This document shows, one piece after another, positions 20,897 to 29,655 of a stretch of 64,000 nucleotides of DNA. Location: the IMG/VR virus record IMGVR_UViG_3300003690_002543; one strand, 5' to 3'. How positions within the stretch are numbered: position 1 is the first letter of the stretch; each line of letters starts with the position of its first letter. The notes beneath the pieces were generated by a model. It had not been told where the DNA came from, did not search any database, and was given only the letters and a program-made list of their open reading frames with translations. This stretch comes from an uncultured virus (IMG/VR IMGVR_UViG_3300003690_002543). Lineage: Duplodnaviria; Heunggongvirae; Uroviricota; Caudoviricetes. A program made the position numbers and the translations under genes.

Positions 20897-22408
20897 ATGG
20901 ATTTTGATAACACAACCCCCTATGATGCTCTCTGCGAAAAGTGGGATCCCCTACTTGAGCATGAAGCTCTTCCACATATTAACGATTCGTATAAGAAAAA
21001 GGTTACTGCTGTTCTTTTAGAGAATCAAGAAAAGGCACTTCGACAGCAATATCTACAAGAAGCATCGCCTGCTAACTCAATGAATGGCAATTTTAATGAT
21101 CCACAAACTGGTGTTGCAGGTAACATGGCTGGTTACGATCCTGTTCTTATTAGCCTTGTTCGTCGTGCAATGCCAAATTTAATGGCATACGACATTGCTG
21201 GTGTTCAACCAATGAGTGCCCCCACGGGACTCATTTTTGCAATGCGTGCTCGTTACACCAAGCAAGCAACTCTTGGTACTGACGCTCTTGCTGGTGTTGC
21301 TGCTGATGCTAGTGGTAGTGGGCAGGAAGCACTCTATCAAGAAGCACAGACTAAATTCTCTGGTGCAGGTAGTACCTCTGGTGGTGCTGCATCAACTGGA
21401 ACAGGTGGTGTAAAGCCAACTGGTCTTACTGGAGGAGGCATTGAAGGTCTTACATACCAAGAGATTGATCAACGTAATGTTGCCGCTGCAACCCCATTCG
21501 CAGATGACATGCGTGCAATGCTTACGGGTACTGCCGAACGTCTTGGTGCTTCTGGTGAAACAAACTTCGAGCAAATGGCATTCAACATTGAGCGAATTGC
21601 TGTTGAAGCACGAACTCGTGCCCTTAAGGCAGAGTATAGTACTGAACTTGCTCAGGACCTCAAGGCTGTTCACGGGCTTGATGCAGAGACTGAACTTGCT
21701 AATATTCTTAGCACCGAAATTCTCTCTGAAATTAATCGTGAACTCGTTCGTACCATTTATTATAATGCAGAACTTGGTTGTCAACAGAAGGACCTACAAG
21801 GCACCGCCGGAGGCTCGCAGGCTTCTGTCGGTGGTCTTTATGATCTCAATACTGACTCTGATGGTCGTTGGAGCGCAGAACGCTTCCGTGGTCTAATGTT
21901 CCAAATTGAGCGTGAAGCTAATGTCATTGCGAAGGACACTCGCCGTGGTAAGGGTAACTTCATCATCTGCTCGTCGGATGTCGCAAGTGCTCTCGCAATG
22001 GGTGGCTTCCTCAACATCTCACCTGCACTCAATGTACAGTTGGATATTGATGACACTGGTAACACCTTTGCAGGTGTTCTTAACGGTAAGATGAGAGTCT
22101 ACATTGATCCGTATTCCAGTACAACTGGTGCAGACTTTGTTTGTGTTGGTTACAAGGGTTCGAGCCCCTATGTTGCTGGTTTATTCTACTGTCCATACGT
22201 TCCGCTCCAGATGGTACGTGCGGTTGGACAAGATACCTTCCAGCCCAAGATCGGGTTCAAGACTCGTTACGGAATGGTTAACAACCCATTTGCACGTTTA
22301 GATGGCTCTGGAAATGTGTTTAGCAGTACTGCTGGTGGTAATTTCTACTACAGACTATTCGGCATCAAAAATCTCCATGGTAACAATGCTAACTTCCTTA
22401 GCTCATAA
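20897..22408 (+). CDS. Major capsid protein gp23
   Basis: LISLVRRAMPNLMAYDIAGVQPMSAPTGLIFAMR..RALKAEYSTELAQDLKAVHGLDAE..FQPKIGFKTRYG; strong RBS and C-ending codon bias. Confidence 0.98.
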   Translation: MDFDNTTPYDALCEKWDPLLEHEALPHINDSYKKKVTAVLLENQEKALRQQYLQEASPANSMNGNFNDPQTGVAGNMAGYDPVLISLVRRAMPNLMAYDIAGVQPMSAPTGLIFAMRARYTKQATLGTDALAGVAADASGSGQEALYQEAQTKFSGAGSTSGGAASTGTGGVKPTGLTGGGIEGLTYQEIDQRNVAAATPFADDMRAMLTGTAERLGASGETNFEQMAFNIERIAVEARTRALKAEYSTELAQDLKAVHGLDAETELANILSTEILSEINRELVRTIYYNAELGCQQKDLQGTAGGSQASVGGLYDLNTDSDGRWSAERFRGLMFQIEREANVIAKDTRRGKGNFIICSSDVASALAMGGFLNISPALNVQLDIDDTGNTFAGVLNGKMRVYIDPYSSTTGADFVCVGYKGSSPYVAGLFYCPYVPLQMVRAVGQDTFQPKIGFKTRYGMVNNPFARLDGSGNVFSSTAGGNFYYRLFGIKNLHGNNANFLSS

Positions 22409-22435
22409 TAGCTAATCGTTAGTTCAAGTAAAAAT

Positions 22436-22469
22436 AACAGCGAGGATCTTCGGATCCTCGTTGTTTTTT
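22436..22469 (+). terminator. Rho-independent terminator after gp23
   Basis: AACAGCGAGGATC-TTCG-GATCCTCGTTGTT stem with a UUCG tetraloop, followed by a T-run. Confidence 0.9.
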
Positions 22470-22476
22470 ATAAATA
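22469..22476 (+). promoter_or_regulatory. T4-type late promoter TATAAATA
   Basis: Exact consensus abutting the terminator, 5 nt before the ATG at 22482. Confidence 0.75.
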
Positions 22477-22481
22477 CCTAT

Positions 22482-22979
22482 ATGACACCAGAAACAAATA
22501 ATTATCTTGCGACTAATTTCTTTGAATTGAAAATTGGGCGACTTCCTTTTGTTAGTTATTTTTGTCAATCTGTAAATCTACCATCCCTAACCATTCCGCC
22601 TGTCGAAGTTCCGGTAGCACAATTTGGTGTTCCTATTCGAATTCCGATTGGAAGATATTCATATGAAAATATGTCTGTATCATTTTTGGTTGACGAAAAA
22701 ATGGATAACTGGATAGAAGTATATGATTGGTTATACAGTATAAGTACACCAGAAGAAGTTCCCGGTACATTTACAAGTCATGATAATATTTTTTCAGATG
22801 CCTCTTTACTAATTAAAAATTCAGCTTATAATACAATAAAAGTAGTAACAATAAAAGATATATTTCCAGTTGGAATTAGCGGCATTCAATTTTCTTCCGT
22901 TGTAGTAGACACAGAACCAGTGATTGCAACTGCAACATTTGCATTTACATCTTTCCAAATAGATGTATTTGAAGGATAA
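22482..22979 (+). CDS. Tail completion/tube terminator gp3-like protein
   Basis: YFCQSVNLP..FLVDEKMDNWIEVYDWL..FSDASL..DIFPVGISGIQF..ATATFAF. Confidence 0.85.
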   Translation: MTPETNNYLATNFFELKIGRLPFVSYFCQSVNLPSLTIPPVEVPVAQFGVPIRIPIGRYSYENMSVSFLVDEKMDNWIEVYDWLYSISTPEEVPGTFTSHDNIFSDASLLIKNSAYNTIKVVTIKDIFPVGISGIQFSSVVVDTEPVIATATFAFTSFQIDVFEG

Positions 22980-22983
22980 CATA

Positions 22984-23418
22984 ATGGATATGAATGACCT
23001 TTTTGATATGGTAAAAAAAGACCTAGAGATTGATAAAACAGAATTAGATACAGAATCACTCAGAACACCACAATTACATAACAAATACTTGATATTTTTC
23101 AGTGAAGAAAAATTAAAGTTAGAGCAATTGCTATCAGAAAGAAAAATAAAAAGAAAAGATAAGTGGCTCTATTACACGGGTAAGATGTCTCAAGAAGAAT
23201 TAGATAAGAACAATTGGGAACCCTTTGATCTTTCTATTCTAAAAACTGATGTAGAAAGATTTATTGATGCAGATTCAGAAATAATAAAACTTGGCGCAAA
23301 AATAACTATACAAAAAGAATTAGTAAATTACCTAGAAAGCATTGTAAAAATAATCTCAAATCGTCAATGGAATATAAGAGCTGCTTTAGATTGGATCAAA
23401 TTTACGCAGGGCGCATAG
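22984..23418 (+). CDS. uvsY: Recombination mediator UvsY
   Basis: LDTESLRTPQLHNKY..WLYYTGK..RQWNIRAALDWIKF. Confidence 0.88.
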   Translation: MDMNDLFDMVKKDLEIDKTELDTESLRTPQLHNKYLIFFSEEKLKLEQLLSERKIKRKDKWLYYTGKMSQEELDKNNWEPFDLSILKTDVERFIDADSEIIKLGAKITIQKELVNYLESIVKIISNRQWNIRAALDWIKFTQGA

Positions 23419-23421
23419 TAC

Positions 23422-23429
23422 CATAAATA
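23422..23429 (+). promoter_or_regulatory. Late-promoter variant CATAAATA
   Basis: Intergenic, 5 nt before the uvsW start (same spacing as at gp3). Confidence 0.5.
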
Positions 23430-23434
23430 TTAGT

Positions 23435-24904
23435 ATGAGTGATCTAGTTGTTGAATATATTGATTCAGTAAATATCAAAATTAATTGCGATGATTCAATT
23501 GCAAAAGAATTAAATCAATTCTTTACTTTTACAGTACCAAATTACCAATATACTCCTGCATATAAAAATAAAAAATGGGATGGATTGATCCGCCTCTTTA
23601 ATTTGTATTCACATAAATTATACGTAGGATTATTATATTATCTTATTAAATTTGCGAAAGATAGAAATTATACAATAGAACATGATAATATATTTTTTGA
23701 TGATATTGATGATCACGATATCGAGTCTTTTATTAAAGGTCTTCCTTTAGGTAAAATTAAATTATATGATTACCAAATAAGAGCAATAACACACGCAATA
23801 AAGAAACAAAGATGCCTTTTAGTATCACCCACAGGAAGTGGTAAATCTTTGATAATTTATTCACTCATTCGGTATTATTTTGATCAATTAAACGATGATG
23901 AAAAAATTCTTATAGTGGTTCCTACCACGGGTCTTATATCTCAAATGTATAATGACTTTAGAGATTATTCAGGTAAAAACTGGAGTGTAGAAAAAAACTG
24001 TCATGTTATATTTTCGGGGCAAGATAAAACCACAAAAAAGAAACTTGTCATTTCGACATGGCAAAGTATATACAAAATGCCTAAAGAATATTTTGATTCA
24101 TATAAAATAGTATTTGGTGATGAATGTCATTTATTTAAAGCAAAATCCCTTACTACATTAATGACCAAATTAACAGATGCTAATATTCGTATAGGGACAA
24201 CAGGAACTCTTGATGGAACACAGATTCATAAATTAGTTATAGAAGGGCTTTTTGGTAGAGTTTATAATGTAACCACCACAAAGTCTCTTATGAAAAGAAA
24301 ATTACTTTCTAATTTGCAAATAGATTGTTTAATGCTACAATACAAGGATAAAGAAATAGCAGAAATAAAACGTGCGCGTTATATTGATGAACTCAAATGG
24401 ATCGTGTCACATAAAGAAAGAAATAAATTTATAGCAAATCTATGTAAGAAAATTAAAGGAAACACATTATTACTCTTTAATTTTGTCGATTTGCATGGTA
24501 AACCATTATATGAATTAATACAACATGTTTGTGCAAACAAAAAGGTATTTTTTATCTATGGGGGAACCGATATTAATCAAAGAGAAAGAATACGACAAAT
24601 CGTTGACAAAGAAAAAGAAGCTATTCTCGTGGCTTCATATGGAACTTGTTCTACTGGGATTAATATTCGCAATATTAATAACCTTATTTTTACTTCACCT
24701 TCTAAATCTGTGATTCGTGTATTACAATCGATTGGAAGAGGACTTAGACGTTCTGAGAGTAAGAATAAGGTAAAACTTTACGACATAGCAGATAATCTTT
24801 CATATAAAAAATATAGAAATCATACTATGCGTCATTTAGATGAAAGAATAAAAATATATAATAGAGAAGACTTTGAATATGAATTAATTTCAATTAAACT
24901 CTGA
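23435..24904 (+). CDS. uvsW: SF2 helicase UvsW
   Basis: WDGLIRLF, SPTGSGKS, GDECH, GTTGTLDG, QSIGRGLR. Confidence 0.95.
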   Translation: MSDLVVEYIDSVNIKINCDDSIAKELNQFFTFTVPNYQYTPAYKNKKWDGLIRLFNLYSHKLYVGLLYYLIKFAKDRNYTIEHDNIFFDDIDDHDIESFIKGLPLGKIKLYDYQIRAITHAIKKQRCLLVSPTGSGKSLIIYSLIRYYFDQLNDDEKILIVVPTTGLISQMYNDFRDYSGKNWSVEKNCHVIFSGQDKTTKKKLVISTWQSIYKMPKEYFDSYKIVFGDECHLFKAKSLTTLMTKLTDANIRIGTTGTLDGTQIHKLVIEGLFGRVYNVTTTKSLMKRKLLSNLQIDCLMLQYKDKEIAEIKRARYIDELKWIVSHKERNKFIANLCKKIKGNTLLLFNFVDLHGKPLYELIQHVCANKKVFFIYGGTDINQRERIRQIVDKEKEAILVASYGTCSTGINIRNINNLIFTSPSKSVIRVLQSIGRGLRRSESKNKVKLYDIADNLSYKKYRNHTMRHLDERIKIYNREDFEYELISIKL

Positions 24905-24918
24905 AGGAAGGAGAACAA

Positions 24919-25497
24919 ATGAATTCATCTTACCGTGTACTAAAACTTCGAAGTGGTGAAGAAATAATTGCACAGATCAAAGGCAAAGACGGCAATAAAT
25001 TAATTTTAAATAATCCAATGCTATTTAAAAGTACGACTCAAATGAATCAGTTTGGTCAAACTCAAGAAATAATTTTTTTAGCTGATTGGTTATTAAGTTC
25101 ATCTGTTAAAATAACAAAAATTCCGGAAAATTTTGTGTTAACTTCTTTAAGCCCCTCTATCGACATTCTTAGACTTTATGATATTGAATTAAAAACGAAA
25201 AAGAATAATATGTTTCATAGAGGCTCTTCGAGCAGACCTCCATCAAATTCTTCCAATTTTCCAAAAGATTTTCCGAAAGGAAATAATCATTTTTTTATGC
25301 ATATGATGCTTCCTCCAGATATTGTAGAGGAACTTATGGAAGAGGGAATTTTAAATTTTGATGGTCTAGAAAATGATACAGAGTCAATTGAATCTATTAA
25401 TGAAGATATGTATACTGGAGATCAAAAAAATGATCCGGATTATGGTAACCGATGGACTGATTGGAATCCAGACCCTGCTAATGAGGAGTATCATTAA
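24919..25497 (+). CDS. Conserved T4-like hypothetical protein (Sm-like N-terminus)
   Basis: VLKLRSGEEIIA motif; usual position between uvsW and gp55; RBS GGAG. Confidence 0.6.
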   Translation: MNSSYRVLKLRSGEEIIAQIKGKDGNKLILNNPMLFKSTTQMNQFGQTQEIIFLADWLLSSSVKITKIPENFVLTSLSPSIDILRLYDIELKTKKNNMFHRGSSSRPPSNSSNFPKDFPKGNNHFFMHMMLPPDIVEELMEEGILNFDGLENDTESIESINEDMYTGDQKNDPDYGNRWTDWNPDPANEEYH

Positions 25498-25533
25498 GTA
25501 ACTTTATATTTTTCTTTCCCCCCTGCACAGGGG

Positions 25534-25561
25534 ATTATAAGAGGAAAATGTAAGTTGTCAA
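25534..25561 (-). promoter_or_regulatory. Antisense sigma70-type promoter TTGACA-N16-TATAAT
   Basis: Plus strand reads TGTCAA at 25556-25561 and ATTATA at 25534-25539, a perfect consensus on the minus strand. Confidence 0.55.
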
Positions 25562-25569
25562 GAAAAAAA

Positions 25570-25598
25570 TTGACTTTTTTTTAAAAGGTATTTATACT
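25570..25598 (+). promoter_or_regulatory. Sigma70-type promoter TTGACT-N17-TATACT for gp55
   Basis: Near-consensus hexamers ending 7 nt before the gp55 ATG. Confidence 0.7.
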
Positions 25599-25605
25599 AT
25601 AAATT

Positions 25606-26136
25606 ATGAGAAAAAACACAAATCATTACATAGATAACAAGGAGTTTTTTAAAGCTATGTGCGAGTGGAAAATTGAAATACGAGAGGCAGAAAATCAGGG
25701 AGAATCTCGTCCTCCTATAACTGATTATATTGGAAGATGTTTTATGAAAATTGCTGAACATCTTGCCCAGAAGCCAAATTTTGCAAATTATCCATATAAA
25801 GATGAAATGATAAATGATTCCATAGAAAATTGTTTAATGTATGCTCATAATTTTGATCCACAGAAATCTAAGAATCCATTTTCTTATTTCACTCAAATAA
25901 TATATTATGCGTTTTTAAGAAGAATAGAAAAAGAAAAAAAACAAAATTATATTAAATTTAAATTAGCAGAAATTCAAGATGATGGATCAATGAGTTCTTG
26001 GTATAAAGAAAATTATTTTGATAAAGATACACCACAAGCAGCTTTGAGGCAACATTTTAATCTTTCTGAAGAAGATGTAACTCGATTAACACCAAAGAAA
26101 AAAAATAAAAAGGGTAATACAGGGCCTTTTGAATGA
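25606..26136 (+). CDS. Late transcription sigma factor gp55
   Basis: HYIDNKEF..YIGRCFMKIAEHLAQKPNFANY..NFDPQKSKNPFSYFTQIIYYAFLRRIEKEKKQ. Confidence 0.96.
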   Translation: MRKNTNHYIDNKEFFKAMCEWKIEIREAENQGESRPPITDYIGRCFMKIAEHLAQKPNFANYPYKDEMINDSIENCLMYAHNFDPQKSKNPFSYFTQIIYYAFLRRIEKEKKQNYIKFKLAEIQDDGSMSSWYKENYFDKDTPQAALRQHFNLSEEDVTRLTPKKKNKKGNTGPFE

Positions 26137-27188
26137 AAATTGCTATCATAAATGATACTCATTTTGGTGCAAGAAATGATTCTTCTATATTTTTGAACTA
26201 TTTTTTAGAATTTTTTGAAGAACAATTTTTTCCATATTGTTTTGAAAATAAGATAGACCAGGTGATTCATTTAGGAGATTTAATGGATCGCCGAAAATAT
26301 GTTAATTTTAATACTCTTCATGAAGTTCGACAACGATTTTTTGAGGAATTAGAAAATTATCGTATTCATTTACATTGTATAGTAGGAAATCATGATACTT
26401 TTTATAAAAATACTAATGAAATAAATTCTTTAAAAGAACTTTTTGTTGGTAAAAATAATTATTTTCATTTATATGAAAAACCAACTATTTTAGAATTTGG
26501 TGGTTTACGGATTGGATTGGTTCCGTGGATTGCTAATGAAAATCGTGAAGAATGTGAAGAATTTTTAAAAACATGTTCGTGTTCTTTGATTGGGGGACAT
26601 TTTGAATTAACTGGATATGAAGTTTTTCGAGGTGTTAATTTTAGGGATGGAATGTCTGATAGTTTATTGGGTCGATTTGAAAACGTTTTTTCAGGGCATT
26701 TTCATAGTAAGAGTTCTAAGAAGAATATTCATTATTTGGGAACCCAATATCAAATAACTTTTAGTGATTTATATGATAAAAAAGGATTTCATATATTAGA
26801 TACTACAACTCGTGAATTAGAATTTATAGAAAATAAACGACAAAAGTTTTTTCATATAGAGTATGATGATACTGTTCCAGAACAATTAATTAATTTAAAT
26901 TTTAAACAATATAAGGATTGCTATGTAAAAATTCTTATAAAGAATAAAACAAAGAAAAAATTATTTGATGCTTTTGTAGATATTCTTTATAAACATAAAG
27001 TTACTGATATTAGTATTGTAGAGGATATGAGTGATTTTTCAATAGAAGAAACATCTATTGATATGGCAAAAGATACGTTGACAATTATAAATGATGAGAT
27101 TGATGATGATTCGGAGATAAAAGAAAAAAGCGAAATTAAAAAGATTATTCGTGATCTTTATATGGAGGGGTTGAGTAACTGGGAATAG
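26133..27188 (+). CDS. Recombination endonuclease gp47 (Mre11/SbcD-like)
   Basis: DTHFG, HLGDLMDRR, VGNHD, GHFE, SGHFH. Confidence 0.95.
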   Translation: MKIAIINDTHFGARNDSSIFLNYFLEFFEEQFFPYCFENKIDQVIHLGDLMDRRKYVNFNTLHEVRQRFFEELENYRIHLHCIVGNHDTFYKNTNEINSLKELFVGKNNYFHLYEKPTILEFGGLRIGLVPWIANENREECEEFLKTCSCSLIGGHFELTGYEVFRGVNFRDGMSDSLLGRFENVFSGHFHSKSSKKNIHYLGTQYQITFSDLYDKKGFHILDTTTRELEFIENKRQKFFHIEYDDTVPEQLINLNFKQYKDCYVKILIKNKTKKKLFDAFVDILYKHKVTDISIVEDMSDFSIEETSIDMAKDTLTIINDEIDDDSEIKEKSEIKKIIRDLYMEGLSNWE

Positions 27189-27189
27189 T

Positions 27190-28905
27190 ATGTTAGTTTT
27201 TAAACGGGTGCGTTTCAAAAATTTTGGTTCTTTTGGAAATTCATTTACTGATATTGATCTAAATAAAAGTAATACTGTGCTCGTCTCTGGAAGAAATGGA
27301 CATGGTAAATCTTTTGCTCTTTTGGATGCGGTTACATTTGGTTTATTTGGAAAACCTTTCCGTAAGGTAAATATTCCACAGTTAGTAAATAGTGTAAATA
27401 AAAAAGATTGTGTAGTAGAAGTTTATTTTTCAACACCCAAACATGAGTATAAAGTTATACGAGGACTACAACCGAAGATATTTGAGATTTATAAGGATGA
27501 TGTTTTACTTTCACAGAATGCAAAGTCAAAAGATTATCAACGTCTTTTAGAAGAACAAATTCTTCGAATGAATTATAAGTCATTTACACAGATTGTTATT
27601 TTAGGTTCATCTTCTTTTGTTCCTTTTATGCAGTTAACACCAGCAGATAGAAGAGAAGTCATTGAGGATATTTTAGACATTAAGATTTTTAGTATTATGA
27701 ATTCTTTATTGAAGGTAAAGGTTTCAGAGCTTAAAGAAAAATTAAATGAAATTCAAAACAAAATCAATATCACACAAGAAAAAATTCAATTACAAGAAAG
27801 CCACGTTCAAACACTTGAAATTAAAAGTCAAGAAAGTATCGAAAAAAACAAAGAGAAATTAAGTTCTCTTATAGAAGAGGGTAAAGAGAACCAAAGTAAG
27901 ATTTTTGATATTACTACAGAAATAAAAGACATTAGAAATGGTATTCCAGAAAAAGAAAAATTTGGTTTGAGCCTTAAGAAAGCAGAAAAAGCAGAAAGTA
28001 ATTTAGAGGGAGATATAAAACGAACATCAAAAGAAATTAATTTTTATACAGTAAATAAAAATTGTCCTTCTTGTAAACAGGGAATTGATGAAATATTTCG
28101 TAAGGATGTTATAGAAAAAAAGCAAAAGGAACAGGTTGATTTAGAAGAACAATTGAAAACTATCGAAGAACTTATAAAAAATACTCTAGAACAAATGAGT
28201 ATTATTGAAGAGAAAGAACAAGATATAGTAAAGAGAGAAAAACTCATTGTGGAACAACAGAGTTTAGTAAAGTCTTTATACACTCAGATTCAATACATTG
28301 AACAAGAAATCAATGATCTAGAAACCAATAGAGGAAACATCGATGAAGAGAAAGTAAAACTCGAAGATTTTCGTGAAGATAAAGCTATAGCAGTAACAGA
28401 AAAAGAAATGATTCTAAATCAAAAATATAATTATGATGTCATCAATGATCTTTTGAAGGATGGTGGCATCAAGTCTAAGATTATTAAATATTATTTACCC
28501 ATTATGAATAAACTCATTAACAAGTATCTTTCTTCTATGAATTTCTTTGCGAACTTTACTCTTGATGAAGAGTTCAATGAAACCATCAAGAGTCGCCACC
28601 GAGATACCTTTAGTTACATGAGTTTTAGTGAGGGTGAGAAACTTCGGATTGATCTTGCTCTTATTCTATCATGGAGAGAGATTGCAAAAATTAAGAATAG
28701 TGCGAGCTGTAATTTACTCATTCTGGATGAGATATTTGATTCATCGTTGGATTCTATGGGTACTGAGGATCTGATGAAACTTCTAGAAGAGCTTTCCATT
28801 AATACTAACATATTTGTGATCAGTCATAAGTCTGATCAATTAGCAGATAAATTTTCTGATTATCTTTTCTTTGAAAAGAAGAATAATTTCAGTAGGATTA
28901 AATGA
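27190..28905 (+). CDS. Recombination ATPase gp46 (Rad50/SbcC-like)
   Basis: GRNGHGKS, coiled coil with CPSC hook, FSEGEK, LILDEIFD. Confidence 0.95.
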   Translation: MLVFKRVRFKNFGSFGNSFTDIDLNKSNTVLVSGRNGHGKSFALLDAVTFGLFGKPFRKVNIPQLVNSVNKKDCVVEVYFSTPKHEYKVIRGLQPKIFEIYKDDVLLSQNAKSKDYQRLLEEQILRMNYKSFTQIVILGSSSFVPFMQLTPADRREVIEDILDIKIFSIMNSLLKVKVSELKEKLNEIQNKINITQEKIQLQESHVQTLEIKSQESIEKNKEKLSSLIEEGKENQSKIFDITTEIKDIRNGIPEKEKFGLSLKKAEKAESNLEGDIKRTSKEINFYTVNKNCPSCKQGIDEIFRKDVIEKKQKEQVDLEEQLKTIEELIKNTLEQMSIIEEKEQDIVKREKLIVEQQSLVKSLYTQIQYIEQEINDLETNRGNIDEEKVKLEDFREDKAIAVTEKEMILNQKYNYDVINDLLKDGGIKSKIIKYYLPIMNKLINKYLSSMNFFANFTLDEEFNETIKSRHRDTFSYMSFSEGEKLRIDLALILSWREIAKIKNSASCNLLILDEIFDSSLDSMGTEDLMKLLEELSINTNIFVISHKSDQLADKFSDYLFFEKKNNFSRIK

Positions 28906-28918
28906 GGAATACCAAAAA

Positions 28919-29608
28919 ATGCCAAGATTTAAATATTTTTTAGAAATGGATGAGTTGTCAACAAACGTTTACAATTGGGAAGATCCAAATCCCCCACCAA
29001 TTCTAGAAGAACATAATGGTTTTATTATAGTAAGGGATGATTTGTTGGCAACAGGGTATGCACAGATTTCTCTTGCATGTCTTTGCAAAAAGTATGGTAA
29101 AAAAGCAGTTATCTTTATGGCAGATCGTGCATGGGATAGATTGCACAAATATCAAGTAGAAGCAATAAGACAAGGTGCAGATATGAGATTTGTGCCCAAT
29201 GGTATGTTATCTGTAACAGAAAAGCGAGCAAGAGATTATGTGGAGAAAGATTGTAGACAGCGGCATTTGCTTCCTATCGGTTTTGACCATCCTAGTGTCA
29301 TTACTAGTATCTCTATAGTTGCTAAAAATATTGAATGCCGCCCTAGTGAAGTCTGGACAGTTGGTTCTTCTGGCACTCTTACACGAGGATTACAACTTGC
29401 TTGGCCAGATGCAGAATTTCATTGTGTGACAGTGGGGCATAAAGGAGACTATGGAAGAGCAATAACTTACAGATGTGAAATTCCTTTTAATAAAGAAACA
29501 AAAATAAAACCACCATTTCCTTCTGTTCCTACTTACGATGCCAAGGCATGGAAATTTATGAAGGAACACGCTTCACCCGGAGCCCTTTTCTGGAATGTTG
29601 GGGCATGA
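28919..29608 (+). CDS. PLP-dependent enzyme (fold type II, as in phage DNA-hypermodification loci); apparent in-frame deletion near 29047
   Basis: VRDDLL..ATGYAQ..VWTVGSSGTLTRGL..PFPSVPTYDAKAW..LFWNVG; the expected Lys-containing segment after VRDDLL is absent. Confidence 0.65.
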   Translation: MPRFKYFLEMDELSTNVYNWEDPNPPPILEEHNGFIIVRDDLLATGYAQISLACLCKKYGKKAVIFMADRAWDRLHKYQVEAIRQGADMRFVPNGMLSVTEKRARDYVEKDCRQRHLLPIGFDHPSVITSISIVAKNIECRPSEVWTVGSSGTLTRGLQLAWPDAEFHCVTVGHKGDYGRAITYRCEIPFNKETKIKPPFPSVPTYDAKAWKFMKEHASPGALFWNVGA

Positions 29609-29616
29609 TTTTTAAT

Positions 29617-29644
29617 TTGCATTTTAAAAGTTTTCGTGTATAAT
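29617..29644 (+). promoter_or_regulatory. Sigma70-type promoter TTGCAT-N16-TATAAT
   Basis: Intergenic, upstream of the methyltransferase-like gene. Confidence 0.55.
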
Positions 29645-29655
29645 AAATAAAAGTT

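Noticed and set aside
20897..22408. Higher GC and C-ending codons in the capsid gene
   Set aside because: Expected for a highly expressed, Gly/Ala-rich gene; not evidence of transfer
25518..25533. GC-rich hairpin as an intrinsic terminator
   Set aside because: No U-tract follows it on either strand
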